Of a DNA stretch of 64,000 bases, positions 18,338-29,770 are shown one piece after another. Under the pieces are notes generated by a model. The model made no database searches. It saw only the letters and a list, made by a program, of their open reading frames with translations, and was not told the origin of the DNA. Made by a program: the position numbers and the translations under genes. This DNA is from a virus (lineage: Duplodnaviria > Caudoviricetes): positions 1,951 through 65,950 of IMG/VR virus record IMGVR_UViG_3300036863_000181, one strand, 5' to 3'. Position 1 is the first letter of the stretch. Every line of letters starts with the position of its first letter.

Positions 18338-20913
18338 TTTCTGAATATTTCCAATGAATTACCATTTGAAACGATAGTGTTATCCGGATCAGCAGTCGCC
18401 CATTGAACGGTAACGGATGATGTCAGCGTACCGCTTGAAGTCATAGTGCTTTTGCCGTTTGCACTAAATCGTTTAATAGTGTTACCGCTTCCATCAAGAA
18501 TATCCAACGTACCCCGATAAAAAGCAGGCTGATTTACCCCTATAGAATAGGTTGTAACTTCAAATTCATACTGGTAAGGCATATTGCTGAAACCAGTAGT
18601 AATACCAGAGACAATAAGACCAAGCGAGGAGTTAGAAATAGTAAAATCAAATTCGCAGTTAGCAGCTACCGCATCAGTGCTGATTACTCCATATCCCTTC
18701 AGAATGAAAGTCGTCCCCGCTGTTATAGTGCTTCCATCAATTGAGGAGGATCCTATAACATTTCCTATGATTGATGTTGCAGATGCCGTATTGGTTACGG
18801 TTGTTTGCGACGTATCTGAGTAGGCTCTATAATAAAGCGGGTACACCTGTCTTGTGATACTATCGGGGTCTTTTACCAGCACAGGTGAGGATGAGGAGCC
18901 AAAAAGCATTCCATCTAACCTGACTGTTCCGTTAACATGAAATTTTGCGGAAGGTGCAGAACTTAATCCAATACCTGTATTTCCGGATGTGGAGTTAAGT
19001 AATATATTCCCTTTTGTAACCTGCAATACTCTAAAATCTGCTGCTGCGGTTATTGTAGGATCGATAAGTAGGCCACCTGTTATTCCAGATGCTCCCCCTG
19101 TTTGATTAATTGTTGGTTTAAGTTGAAGCGTCCAATGTGTTGCCGTATTTGAAGTGGGCGCGAAGGTTGGTTGAAGTAATATCGTATAAACATCGGCTGC
19201 TGCTGTTGTACTTGTTTGATTCGGATTAGCCAGTAAAGACCACCAGGTATTATCCCCTCCCCATGACCATATTGGAGTAGTGCTTCCATAATCTCTTATT
19301 TGCATCGTACCCGCATTATTGGAGGAAAGAAATATGGTTCCCAAAACCGAATTTGAATGTATACCCAGTAGGTTAGTGGCTTGCCCGGGATTCACCCCGT
19401 CATCACCGGTTACTAGACTGCCTGCTGCTGAACTGCTGACATAAACGCCGCCCCCTTCTACAAATAGTTTAGTATTGGTTCCGGGAACAGTAGATCCACC
19501 TATATTCCATTTTCCGCCATTTGCAAAAACTTTCCCTATGGTAGTATTATTCGCTATCCAAAGCCAGTTGTTGTTATCCGTAGTTCCGAATTTCCCGGTG
19601 GCAGCTCCTAATGCGTTTCCGCTCACTAAATCCCAATAAGGGGATACAAAGTTGTGCCATTTGCTATCTGAGGTTTGATATTTCAAAAGATCACCACTGG
19701 CCAGTGAAGTAAGAGCAACATCTGTAAGTCCGGCGAATGTCGTACTACCGCCGCCCGATACTGTTAATTCAGCAGTACTGTCAGTGGCATTTGTTGCTAT
19801 CGTACAACCTGAAATACATTTCAAAGTTTTAAAAAATAAACTATCATTTCGAACGAAGCCCATTCTAAGACCAGTACCAGCATTTGAAACAACTACCGGA
19901 GATATTTTATACCATCCTTTTGTCCCGATCTTACCATAAAATGCACTGTCAACTGGTGTCAACTGATCTCCGTCGAGCTGCATGGCTACATCGTTGGTAT
20001 TTGAAGTACCGAGTATAGATGCCGGGAAAGTGACAGACTTAAACTGCAGGTCGAATGTTGATTTTGTTTTGAACCAGCCGAGTCCTGATCCAACATTTGA
20101 AGCAGTATTTGCTTCACCGGATATTGTTTTCCAGGTACCATCACCTGCCCAAAAACTTGAACCGGATGCACCTGTTCCACTATTCAGATTATTCACCGAT
20201 AGATTACCGGTTACTTCCGTAGCCAGGTTAACAGCACCGAAAGAAAGATTGCCTGATGCATTGCCATGTAATAGTGTTGTGGTTGTTCCCTGGTTCTGAA
20301 ACATTGCCCCTGTTAATGAAGGCGTGAAATAAGATGGAGCTGCAGAGGATCCAGTGTTGTTACCCCAAATTGTATATGCTGAGGGATTACTTAGGGTAAA
20401 TGATAATGCCGGCGTTGTTGTTGCGGTGGCTACTGAAGTGGTGAATAAAGGAGAAAGGTTTCCTGAACTGAATGAGAATACAGTGCCTGAGCCAGCCGTT
20501 GGTGCAGTTAATTTCCATTTATGATTTGTAGAATCAAACGTTAATAAATAATTATTTCTGTTTGTAGAAGTATCAACAAACAAGTGCTTCAATGAATCGG
20601 AACTACCACCTCCTCCACTTCCTGTACCTACTTCAGCCCATGTAATAAATGAAGGATCGTATCTGTATAACTTATGCCCGCATGAATCAAAATAAAAAGC
20701 TGACATGTGTTGGTCGCTACTGCGAAGGCCTGTTATTCCAATTGGTACACCGCAGCCGGTCGGGTAAAATAAAGTTGAATCCGGTCGTAACCTGTTGACT
20801 ATACCACCGTAAGAATTATTTGGCTTAATAAAAATTTGAGCTTTTGTTGTCGTAATTACTAATATATTTAGCAATACAAAACCCAAGATTTTTAGCAAAA
20901 ATTTCATACTCAT
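18334..20913 (-). CDS. Tail fibre/adhesin-like protein with signal peptide
   Basis: Gly/Ser/Thr-rich fibre motifs (LTDVALTSLASGDLLKY, FWAGDGTW, GIGLSSAPSAKFHVNG); signal ending TKA-Q. Confidence 0.65.
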   Translation of the reverse strand: MSMKFLLKILGFVLLNILVITTTKAQIFIKPNNSYGGIVNRLRPDSTLFYPTGCGVPIGITGLRSSDQHMSAFYFDSCGHKLYRYDPSFITWAEVGTGSGGGGSSDSLKHLFVDTSTNRNNYLLTFDSTNHKWKLTAPTAGSGTVFSFSSGNLSPLFTTSVATATTTPALSFTLSNPSAYTIWGNNTGSSAAPSYFTPSLTGAMFQNQGTTTTLLHGNASGNLSFGAVNLATEVTGNLSVNNLNSGTGASGSSFWAGDGTWKTISGEANTASNVGSGLGWFKTKSTFDLQFKSVTFPASILGTSNTNDVAMQLDGDQLTPVDSAFYGKIGTKGWYKISPVVVSNAGTGLRMGFVRNDSLFFKTLKCISGCTIATNATDSTAELTVSGGGSTTFAGLTDVALTSLASGDLLKYQTSDSKWHNFVSPYWDLVSGNALGAATGKFGTTDNNNWLWIANNTTIGKVFANGGKWNIGGSTVPGTNTKLFVEGGGVYVSSSAAGSLVTGDDGVNPGQATNLLGIHSNSVLGTIFLSSNNAGTMQIRDYGSTTPIWSWGGDNTWWSLLANPNQTSTTAAADVYTILLQPTFAPTSNTATHWTLQLKPTINQTGGASGITGGLLIDPTITAAADFRVLQVTKGNILLNSTSGNTGIGLSSAPSAKFHVNGTVRLDGMLFGSSSSPVLVKDPDSITRQVYPLYYRAYSDTSQTTVTNTASATSIIGNVIGSSSIDGSTITAGTTFILKGYGVISTDAVAANCEFDFTISNSSLGLIVSGITTGFSNMPYQYEFEVTTYSIGVNQPAFYRGTLDILDGSGNTIKRFSANGKSTMTSSGTLTSSVTVQWATADPDNTIVSNGNSLEIFRK

Positions 20914-20926
20914 AAAAGTAATCTTT

Positions 20927-22288
20927 TTATATTCTAATTAGTGCGTATATGCCGGTGTTTTTTGGACGCGTTTCTGTTCCTGTATTATTATCGGTAGTAA
21001 CAGGACTCATCGGAATGGGTTCATTGCTATCAGATCCTCCGACAAATCTTCCCTGACCTGCCTGAGTGGACGAGGTTTTATTAGCTGGTACCGTTAGGTC
21101 ATGAACGTGCGGTTTAACATCATCGGCCTCAAAACTTCCGGGCAGTCTGACACTATCAACTGCTTTTCTGAATCCATGTGTAAAAAGTGTGGGTATCCTG
21201 AAAGTGGTTGTTCCATTGCCTGTTGTATATTTCCCTCTGTTAATAAAATTACTGCCCGATACATCATTGTAAGTACTATCTGCAATAACCAGTCCCGCTT
21301 CCAGTGTCTGAACATAAGCCCATAATCTGGGGTAATCAGCTCTGCTGAGTGCGGTGCCGCTGGCAAAAATCGTGTTGATCTGCTGTTTTGAATACTGATC
21401 GATAACCTCTCCCACCATTCTTATTGTATCACTGGACATAAGAACATTCCATTTGCTATTTGATTTTATAAGGATCAGCTGCTCACTTTGCCCAAGGACC
21501 AGATTGACAGTCGGCGTTACCTGATTTGTATACAACTTATATTCAATCGCATCTGATCCCGCACATTGAATTATGGCATTTATATGACTTCCCCCTGCGG
21601 AAAGAAAGAAAAGCGTTTTGTTATTTCCGACCAGCGAAAGAGCAGGCAGAATTATAGTTATGCTTGATCCTGCGCCCTGGATCAAAAACCCCTTACCTAC
21701 ATCTGCATTAGTTAATGTCCGGCTGGCTGTAATAATCTCAGTGGTACTGATCAATGCCGGTACAGTTGGTAACGGGATTTGTGCAACCAACGGTAAAAAG
21801 TGAAGTATAAATTTTTCTTCAACCTCAAATTGGTCGCCTGCCACTAACAAATGAAAGCCATTTACATCTTTAGCATAATTTACGCCCGGCTCCATAGTCC
21901 CAAATCCGCGTCGTTCTAAATCATAGGCCCATCCCGTTAAATCATTCGGAGAGTCAGCAGTATATGATGTTGCCCCGGCATTAAAATTAACAGAAGTACC
22001 AGCCGTCAGATAAAGATCATCCCTAACAGTTATGCTCTCATTAGTAGGCTCGAATGAAAAGCTGGACCTGACTGTTCCTGCTGGGGAAGTTGTTGCCGAT
22101 TCAAATAACTTGAAATCGTACAAAATAGGATCAATCCCTGTAAAAATAATATGTATGGTACTCGCGTAAGGCTTTGGTGGAGCAATGACCTGCACCGGAA
22201 CACCTGGTGCACTGTGATCATAAATCGCAGCTACCAGGTTATTGGCCGGGTTTGAAAGTGTCGCCTGTATAAATACATTCCAGTTCAT
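20927..22288 (-). CDS. Tail fibre protein with collar domain
   Basis: ASGTALSRADYPRLW, GNGTTTFRIP and terminal ETRPKN motifs. Confidence 0.8.
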   Translation of the reverse strand: MNWNVFIQATLSNPANNLVAAIYDHSAPGVPVQVIAPPKPYASTIHIIFTGIDPILYDFKLFESATTSPAGTVRSSFSFEPTNESITVRDDLYLTAGTSVNFNAGATSYTADSPNDLTGWAYDLERRGFGTMEPGVNYAKDVNGFHLLVAGDQFEVEEKFILHFLPLVAQIPLPTVPALISTTEIITASRTLTNADVGKGFLIQGAGSSITIILPALSLVGNNKTLFFLSAGGSHINAIIQCAGSDAIEYKLYTNQVTPTVNLVLGQSEQLILIKSNSKWNVLMSSDTIRMVGEVIDQYSKQQINTIFASGTALSRADYPRLWAYVQTLEAGLVIADSTYNDVSGSNFINRGKYTTGNGTTTFRIPTLFTHGFRKAVDSVRLPGSFEADDVKPHVHDLTVPANKTSSTQAGQGRFVGGSDSNEPIPMSPVTTDNNTGTETRPKNTGIYALIRI

Positions 22289-22289
22289 A

Positions 22290-25200
22290 TTAATCTTCTT
22301 GCGTTATTTGAATAATGTTAAGCCCTGGATCATCACCAAAAGCATTACCATCTATATTGTAGACAACGGTAACATTCTGGTCAAGCCCATCAGCTGTCTG
22401 AGTAATTCCATCCCTGTTGGTTGCTGGTCTAATGCTCAAACTCCAATATCTTTTCGGCCAGCCTTCAGATTTCTTAACCTCCCATTTTACATCGCCATCC
22501 CGGGTAAATGCCAGGCCATCGAAAATCGTGTTGTTCAAAAACATGATCCGGTTCATCTTATCTGTTACCCAATCAGGAACTCCGACGCCCTGCACACCGG
22601 TTGTGAGTGCGATATTTAATTTGTGGGACCTGTAAGGAATACCATTTAACATTTCAAGATCGGCCGGCTGGTCCTCGTATACCGCGAATTTTCCTTCAGG
22701 ATTAAACTGATCAATCCACCCATGAATTCTTATGTTTGGACTGTAGCCTTCACTGAAGATCATAGACTGTTTATTCGTTTTATGCTTATAATTCACAAGC
22801 AAGGTCATGGGCCAGTCGGCTTTAATATATTGGCCTTCGCTGATATATTTTTTGGTACCAATAGTATAAACAATGTAATACACGCCTTCTGTAAGTCCGA
22901 TAGAAGTGCTGTTTAAAGAAAGATCGTAAAGCACGGACGTTCCCTGCAGGGCAGAGGTCGGGACTACTGCCATGTTCGTAGTGTAAACTAATTTCGCATT
23001 GCAGTCATATATATCAACCTGTACCGGACCAATACCACCGGTAATTACCTGTAAAGGAATAGTATCATTTATCTGCCATGGCTGGAAATAATTTGATTTA
23101 TGTATCCAGAATTTCACCTGGTTAATAAACCAGGCATCATCCATATGGACAAAATGATATTTCGGGTTGAGCGTTGTGTCCATTGGCACAAACTTAACCG
23201 GGCAGAGATGTGATATAAAGCTATCGTTTCCCATAAGTGTTAAATAATTAAGTCCATCAATATCAAGATCAACCAGGTCATTCAGATTAGTAAGCGGACT
23301 GCAGAGTAATTTCCATGTCTGCGATTCTTCAATAGCCGGTTTCTGAGTTACTTCAAAAGGAAAGCCATAGAAAGTCTTTCCATTATACCTGAATTTAATA
23401 TGCCCATTGGCAGCAAAACTTAAGAGCTTTGAAAAGTTTAATGGCACTTTGGTTTTGAACTCAAAAAACAGGGGATAAAAAAGCGGGTCGCCAAGTTCAT
23501 CCAAAGACACATCTGCGTTTTCAGTTATCAGCCTACCATCTGCTAACGTGCTTAGGTATTGGTTTTTATCAAGTGTCAGGAACGTGAGTTTATCGGGCGC
23601 CAGGTTAAAAAGCATAGATTTTAAAAACCGGCCATTATTCAGCAGCATCCTTTTGGGAGTAAGATCCTCGATATTAAAGGCTGACTCAGGATTTGGAATG
23701 CCGGTAATAGAATCATAAACCCGTCTTTTCAGATCATAGACCAAAATCTGGGTGCTGGCAAGAAACAATGTGCAGGTCTGCAATGTGACATTGCATCCTG
23801 AAGTTGTGCTGGCTGTGAAGAAAACTATATCTCCTAATGCAAAATCACGGTTGAAATCAAAGAATGTAGAAAAGTTGGAAGTCACGGTTGTGGCCGGGAA
23901 CGTGTTGAATGAAAATATTGCTCCATTTATGTAACATTTAATTGTCAATGTATCTGCCCCGCCTCCTTGTATCTGCCCCCCATAGCCAATAGTTCCATTG
24001 AAATTTGGCATCGCAAGCTGATCATTGAATATCAGGATAGGCAATGCCGAAGAAAGAGGTAAGTATGGACCAGGTGAAGGTCGCAGGTCACTTACATTGA
24101 TCAGGGTGGTTGGTTGCTCAAAAGAACCGGGAACTACATTTATTAAACCGCCATTAATAGCAGCAAAATAAAGAGGGATGTTTAATGATACGACCGTAAG
24201 CTGCCCTTCACCATTCGCAGAGGTCTGAGTACTTATGTAAATAGTATCCCCTTCTGCAAAGGCTTGAGTAAAGACAATTGTTTCAGATGTAAAATTAACC
24301 TGACTTGAAACTACAGTATAGGTTTTTGATCCCTTGATCACGCCATTCACCCGAACGTTGATTATTAGTGTATCTCCTGGAAGACCGTTTAAAAATCCAG
24401 TCAGGGTTGTTGTTACAGTAAATGACCCGGGAGCGGCTTGATTGAATACAAACATGCACGGATCGCTAAACGGCGAAAAGTAATTGCCTGTTATCCTTGC
24501 CTGCGATATGCCTTGTTCATTTCTATTGGTAAGCAGGATCAGGTTCGCGTTCACATCAGCAATAAAAGTGTCAAATGCCGAAATCTCCCGATCTACATTG
24601 GCCAGAAAAACACTATTGTCCGAATTGTTAAAGGTCGTAGACTTGCCCCCAGCCGTATTATAACGCGTATAGTCAAAGCCATAACTATCGGTACGGGCAT
24701 GGCAAATAAGGTCCAGGATCTTAGCTATTGTCTTTATAGGTGCCTGCCATTGAGCTGTGGTATTATATTCATACTTACCAGCCTTTTCATCGTACTGTTG
24801 AGGCACGTACCCGATTTTGAGGATATTGAAAAAGAAATCCAGCGCTACTGAAGTCTCCAATCCCTGTACCTCTCCAAGATCAAAAGTTACTACCGATGTA
24901 TCAAAAACATATTCTTTTTTCTCCAGGAATACAGATTCACTTTCACCTGGTAAAGTCTGGTTGCTCAACGCTGTTCCTTCAATAGGATTGATCATATCAA
25001 AAAACTCGGATAGCGAAATTTTGATATTTGGGCCGAACGAATTGAAAAAGTTTATTAACTGCCCTCCACTCTGCAGGGTCTGTACCTGGTTAAAAAATTT
25101 CTTATAAGATAAATCGGTAGACGCCCGTAGAGCATCGCCGGAAGTAAATACAAAATTCAATCGCTGCTGAAGAAGTTGGCTATCTGCAAGGAAATTAAAA

Positions 25201-26276
25201 GTCTGCACCGAGGTAGAGGCTAACTGGCAAATGTTTCTGATCAATACTTTATAAAGATCGTAACCTGTTATACCCCATGCATTAGATGGCTTATATTTTG
25301 AATTGAATGAAATTTCAAAATTAGAAATGCTTAATTTTTTCGGGCTGAAAAAGAATAGGAATAGTTTTTCATTGGCTGCGAGATTAATTGTCTTATCAAA
25401 ATAATAAATCACAGTATGATCAACGTCCGCTGATTGCGGAGGAATAAGTACTATGTTTTGATGCAGACTTGTTTTGGCCTCAAACAATAAATTATCATTA
25501 GCTATGACATTATTGGGAGAAACAACCAGATTGCCCTTTATTCTTACGGAGACCGCTTCTTCAGATGAAAATATCCAGTTACCGCTTGTTTCTAAAAATG
25601 AGAACTCGCTTAATGCCGGCACAACTTCATAAGTAGGATCACCGTGTTGAATACCTATATTATCTCCATCATTGGAAATAAATATAGCTGGCAGAATGGC
25701 GCCTATGAAGAATGCTCCCGAATGATCCTGTGCATCAATATCAACAACCTGGTAATGAAACACATCCTGAAAAAGTATACCATCATATTTAACTTTGATA
25801 TTCTCAGGTATCGACCCATCACAAGGAATTTCAAACTTTGTATTCTCATAGGCCTTTAGCAGCTGAACTATTCCTCCCTCCATCACATTCACCTGGATAC
25901 CTTCTGCGTGAAGGTCCTTCATCTTGCTTAAATCAATGAGCCCTTTGTAGTACAGTTCATACACGTCATTATCTGGGTTCCATTTAAGAATAACCAGCAT
26001 AACGAGTTGTTCAATACCTCTTTTTTTATAAAACAGTTCACGAAGTATTGCTGCCCCATCACCAACAAATTTTAAAGGAATTCCAAAGGTCCGGTTAAGT
26101 CCGAAATATTTTGCGCTGCGCACAAACTTAAGCTCAGTATTAAACCATCCTTCAGCAGATTTCTGTAATGGTGTTGGGATATTTGTAGTCTGAAGTACCC
26201 CGTTGATATCAACATAGAACGTCCCTGAATTTGTAGGATCGCATAAGAATTGTAAAAAAGTTTTGCGAGGCCTCAT
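22290..26276 (-). CDS. Large tail tip/baseplate structural protein
   Basis: 1328 aa, directly downstream of the tape measure gene. Confidence 0.7.
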   Translation of the reverse strand: MRPRKTFLQFLCDPTNSGTFYVDINGVLQTTNIPTPLQKSAEGWFNTELKFVRSAKYFGLNRTFGIPLKFVGDGAAILRELFYKKRGIEQLVMLVILKWNPDNDVYELYYKGLIDLSKMKDLHAEGIQVNVMEGGIVQLLKAYENTKFEIPCDGSIPENIKVKYDGILFQDVFHYQVVDIDAQDHSGAFFIGAILPAIFISNDGDNIGIQHGDPTYEVVPALSEFSFLETSGNWIFSSEEAVSVRIKGNLVVSPNNVIANDNLLFEAKTSLHQNIVLIPPQSADVDHTVIYYFDKTINLAANEKLFLFFFSPKKLSISNFEISFNSKYKPSNAWGITGYDLYKVLIRNICQLASTSVQTFNFLADSQLLQQRLNFVFTSGDALRASTDLSYKKFFNQVQTLQSGGQLINFFNSFGPNIKISLSEFFDMINPIEGTALSNQTLPGESESVFLEKKEYVFDTSVVTFDLGEVQGLETSVALDFFFNILKIGYVPQQYDEKAGKYEYNTTAQWQAPIKTIAKILDLICHARTDSYGFDYTRYNTAGGKSTTFNNSDNSVFLANVDREISAFDTFIADVNANLILLTNRNEQGISQARITGNYFSPFSDPCMFVFNQAAPGSFTVTTTLTGFLNGLPGDTLIINVRVNGVIKGSKTYTVVSSQVNFTSETIVFTQAFAEGDTIYISTQTSANGEGQLTVVSLNIPLYFAAINGGLINVVPGSFEQPTTLINVSDLRPSPGPYLPLSSALPILIFNDQLAMPNFNGTIGYGGQIQGGGADTLTIKCYINGAIFSFNTFPATTVTSNFSTFFDFNRDFALGDIVFFTASTTSGCNVTLQTCTLFLASTQILVYDLKRRVYDSITGIPNPESAFNIEDLTPKRMLLNNGRFLKSMLFNLAPDKLTFLTLDKNQYLSTLADGRLITENADVSLDELGDPLFYPLFFEFKTKVPLNFSKLLSFAANGHIKFRYNGKTFYGFPFEVTQKPAIEESQTWKLLCSPLTNLNDLVDLDIDGLNYLTLMGNDSFISHLCPVKFVPMDTTLNPKYHFVHMDDAWFINQVKFWIHKSNYFQPWQINDTIPLQVITGGIGPVQVDIYDCNAKLVYTTNMAVVPTSALQGTSVLYDLSLNSTSIGLTEGVYYIVYTIGTKKYISEGQYIKADWPMTLLVNYKHKTNKQSMIFSEGYSPNIRIHGWIDQFNPEGKFAVYEDQPADLEMLNGIPYRSHKLNIALTTGVQGVGVPDWVTDKMNRIMFLNNTIFDGLAFTRDGDVKWEVKKSEGWPKRYWSLSIRPATNRDGITQTADGLDQNVTVVYNIDGNAFGDDPGLNIIQITQED

Positions 26277-29200
26277 GGTATATAGTCCTTTCCAAAGTTT
26301 TTATCCTGTATAATTATTGTCGGGTATTTAATCTTTCCATAAGCGCGGATCAATTCATCATGCTGCCATTTAATAACCTGTTTCAGGCTTTTAATCTCGG
26401 TAGCCGCCTCATCCTTTTTCTGTGGTAACACGGTGACCGTGTTTTGCATCATCATCGCTAGCAGGGCTTTATTCACCTCGTCGTGAGGGATGATCTTGCT
26501 ACCAGTTTCCGGGACATAGCCGATAGTTGCTGTATCAGGTGAGGCACTGACTTTGCCCGAAGGGGTGATCATTAACTCTTTTCCCCTTTCCCCCCATATC
26601 ATTAACCCTTTTTGAGCATAGTCAGAACCATCAGCATATTTCGGAATCGGCTTAGCCAGAAGTGCTGCTATTTCCAATGCACCTATAGCTTCTATAATAA
26701 TCGCTTCAGGAGTAATCCAGCCGGCTTTAGAGGCCTGGTAAAGAGTTTCCCCGAATATTTTTAAAGCCTGAGCATCCCGATCAAACTTAGCCTGGCGCGT
26801 CTGCTCCTGTCTGCGTTTTTGTTCTAACTGGTCCTGTTTGATCTGCGCAGCTGCATTGATCTGGGCAATACGTGCAGCTTTATCTTGTTCACTTAGAGTA
26901 GAACTATTTACCCTGGCTAATTCCTGATCTTTAAGTTTGGTACTGGCATCAATCTGTTCCTGAATAGCGTTTAAATTTTTCTGCGAACCTGCACCTATAA
27001 AAGCAATTGCAGTCTCATAAGCCTTTTCCGCTAATTCCTTTTTTAAATCTTCCAGCCTCCTATGTTCATCAAACGCCTTTTTATTGCTATCAATTTTGGC
27101 TTTATCTTTCTTGCGCTCAATATCCAGTTCAATACTGGAAATCTGGTTTTCTAGCAACACGGTATCCTGGCCAGCAGCTTTTTTGATCGCGATCTGCTGG
27201 CGAATCATATCCTCCTGCGCCTTTAGAATATATACATCTGCCTCATCTTCCAGCCGCTGACGTTCTTTTTGATACTGTTCTTCAGCAGAAATCAATCGAC
27301 CGGTTTTGTCTATAGTAGGCTTGAATCCACCTGATGCGTATTTCTGTTCAAGCGCTTTCAAATTAATATCCCGGTCTTCCGAAAGAAAAGCCTTTCGCTT
27401 ATTGAACTGCTCGGATATCATGTCATCTACCCGCTTACTATGGCGCTGGTCAATGGCTTCTATCTCTTCAACAGATAGCCTATAATCCTCGGTCAACTGG
27501 TCAATAGAATCCTTCCTGATCTTACCTAATTCAATATTGCGCGTAACCTGAAGTCTGAATAATTCATTTTCAGACTGAATGACAATTGCTTTGCGCTGAT
27601 CCTGGGCCGCCTGCTCATTGACCGCAGCTTGTGATCTAAGCGCCTGCTTTTCTGATTCTATGAGTTTGGTATTCTTTAATTGTTCGGACAGATCATGAGC
27701 CGCTTTCTTACTTTCCAGTTCGCTTAAAAGGAGCGTTGTTTTTTTGCGGTCTTCAATAATTTGTTTTTCAATTTCGTAGGAAGATTGTAGTGCTTTGATC
27801 CGCGAATTTTCGGTACCAGCACCAGAAAAGGCCTTTAGCTCTTCTACCCGCTGCTGTTTAATTAATTCGATAAGTTTGGTCCGGGCTTCGATCAGTTTAG
27901 TAATGTCAGTGAACTCCTCTTTCATTACATGATCGGTTACGCCGCCACCAAGTTTTTTAACTTCATCTTCCGACTTCAATGCAATTCCGAATAATGCATC
28001 GATCTGTTTATTAAGTTTGCCAACCTCTTTCTCAGAATTTTTGGCCGCATCCGCTATGCCAGAAATCATTACATCAGTACCGCCACCCGTAGCACCGAAA
28101 CCTATCTTGAACTTTTCCCACAAACCAGCACCTTCTTCTATTGCATTATTCTGTATTTCAAGAACCTTCTTAAATTTTTCCCCGGCAAGTTCCCGGGCTG
28201 CTGTAGCCATTGCCTGCGCTCTTAATGCAGGTATGAGTTTAAGATTTATCGCATCGGCCAAATCACTGGTTAATTCACCTTCATTCTTTATATTACCCAA
28301 TATCTCAGGATACTGATGCTGCATGTCATCGATCAAATTCTTTTTATCTTTCCTTGTCAGGTTCTCATCCTTCAGTTCTTTGACCACAAATTGAATATGT
28401 GAAACCTCGGTAGCATACCCTTCGATAGATTTTTTATTTACTTCATTGAGCGCCTCTTGACCTATTCTGGCGTTTTCCTCAGCTTCCGCTATTTTGGAAA
28501 AAGCCATAGCCGCTAAAGGGAGTAATAATAATAAACCACCAGTTAAAGTGATTAAAGCGGTCCTGAATCCTATAGTAGCAAGTGTGCTTTGTAACATTGT
28601 AGAGGCCCATACACGTTGTGCGGCGGCGGCTATTTTAGAGGCTGTTGTTTCCAATGCTATGGCCACGGCATTACGCTGGTGCAATAATTCAGAAACTTCG
28701 TTTAATCCCTGCAGGATAGTCATTACGGCGATCAACTTCTGTGTTTCCTTTTCTATTTTCCCCTCTTCATCACCGAACAGGGCAACCGCTCCGGCACTAA
28801 GAGCATAAGCCCCGGCCATACCTTTAGCTGCAATGGTCAGGGCTTTAACTGTTGGAGCATGGTTTTCCAGTATCTTTTGTGCATTCTGAAATTCATTGAA
28901 TTCACGATGAGCACTGGCAACACTTAATCTTAACTGCTTGAAAGCATCGGTTTCTTCCAGGCCCGCAGCTCTCATGGTTTGTAAAGCTTTCTCGCCATTC
29001 CTAATCTGCATGGTAAGCGATGTAAAACCAGCGGCATTTTGGCTTACAATAGCTGATATTGCTTCATACTCCTGTTTGAGATTTTCAAATTCAGACCCAT
29101 TGGCCATTCCAGCCCCAGTCATTTGATCCATCTTATTTTTAATCTCATTCAGGACCGGGGTCAGGGTGTTCAGGGCGCCGATATAATCACCTACTTTTCT

Positions 29201-29770
29201 TCGGTGTTCGCCCATAGATCCATCAATAATTTTCAATTTATTATTTAGATCATTGGCCTCTTTTGCTGCAGCATCGGCCTGACCTTTAAGAACATTATCG
29301 GTAGGATTTTTTAAAGACTGGGCAGCCAGGTCTTTTGCCTTGGCTGCAGCTTTTTCTTTCTCCAGGGACAGTTGTTTATATGCTGATTCTTCAGCCTTAA
29401 TGCCGTCCAAACGTTCCTTGGCCAGCTGCTTTGATTTAACGGAATCCCGGAGTTCATCATCGGTCATTTGTTTGGCAGCGATCTTTTTAGCTGCTATGGC
29501 TTTAGCCAGCTGATCCTCAAGCGTTACTCTTTTCTTCGCCTCTTCATCTAACTGCTTTTGGATATTTAATAAATCCTGGTTGGCTTTGGCCAGTTCCTCA
29601 GTATTCTTTTTCAATTCAGCTGAACCAGAAGATCCTTTGTATAAGGTAGTGACCTGACCAACGTTCTTTACCGCAGCATCTACATCTTTGATAATAGCAA
29701 TAACCCTGTCAGCCTCTGCCTGCAGGGCGGCGATATCAGCAATACTATTTAGTGGGTCACGTCCTGGCAT
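26273..29770 (-). CDS. Tail tape measure protein
   Basis: 1165 aa helical, Ala-rich; RKVGDY, hydrophobic central part, IPKYADG...WGERGKE C-terminal motif. Confidence 0.88.
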   Translation of the reverse strand: MPGRDPLNSIADIAALQAEADRVIAIIKDVDAAVKNVGQVTTLYKGSSGSAELKKNTEELAKANQDLLNIQKQLDEEAKKRVTLEDQLAKAIAAKKIAAKQMTDDELRDSVKSKQLAKERLDGIKAEESAYKQLSLEKEKAAAKAKDLAAQSLKNPTDNVLKGQADAAAKEANDLNNKLKIIDGSMGEHRRKVGDYIGALNTLTPVLNEIKNKMDQMTGAGMANGSEFENLKQEYEAISAIVSQNAAGFTSLTMQIRNGEKALQTMRAAGLEETDAFKQLRLSVASAHREFNEFQNAQKILENHAPTVKALTIAAKGMAGAYALSAGAVALFGDEEGKIEKETQKLIAVMTILQGLNEVSELLHQRNAVAIALETTASKIAAAAQRVWASTMLQSTLATIGFRTALITLTGGLLLLLPLAAMAFSKIAEAEENARIGQEALNEVNKKSIEGYATEVSHIQFVVKELKDENLTRKDKKNLIDDMQHQYPEILGNIKNEGELTSDLADAINLKLIPALRAQAMATAARELAGEKFKKVLEIQNNAIEEGAGLWEKFKIGFGATGGGTDVMISGIADAAKNSEKEVGKLNKQIDALFGIALKSEDEVKKLGGGVTDHVMKEEFTDITKLIEARTKLIELIKQQRVEELKAFSGAGTENSRIKALQSSYEIEKQIIEDRKKTTLLLSELESKKAAHDLSEQLKNTKLIESEKQALRSQAAVNEQAAQDQRKAIVIQSENELFRLQVTRNIELGKIRKDSIDQLTEDYRLSVEEIEAIDQRHSKRVDDMISEQFNKRKAFLSEDRDINLKALEQKYASGGFKPTIDKTGRLISAEEQYQKERQRLEDEADVYILKAQEDMIRQQIAIKKAAGQDTVLLENQISSIELDIERKKDKAKIDSNKKAFDEHRRLEDLKKELAEKAYETAIAFIGAGSQKNLNAIQEQIDASTKLKDQELARVNSSTLSEQDKAARIAQINAAAQIKQDQLEQKRRQEQTRQAKFDRDAQALKIFGETLYQASKAGWITPEAIIIEAIGALEIAALLAKPIPKYADGSDYAQKGLMIWGERGKELMITPSGKVSASPDTATIGYVPETGSKIIPHDEVNKALLAMMMQNTVTVLPQKKDEAATEIKSLKQVIKWQHDELIRAYGKIKYPTIIIQDKNFGKDYIP

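Noticed and set aside
16184-26276. Distant DGR variable repeat in tail fibre genes
   Set aside because: No SPAGF...GSR-like peptide or TR-like DNA seen by eye; a computational search would be needed to exclude it fully
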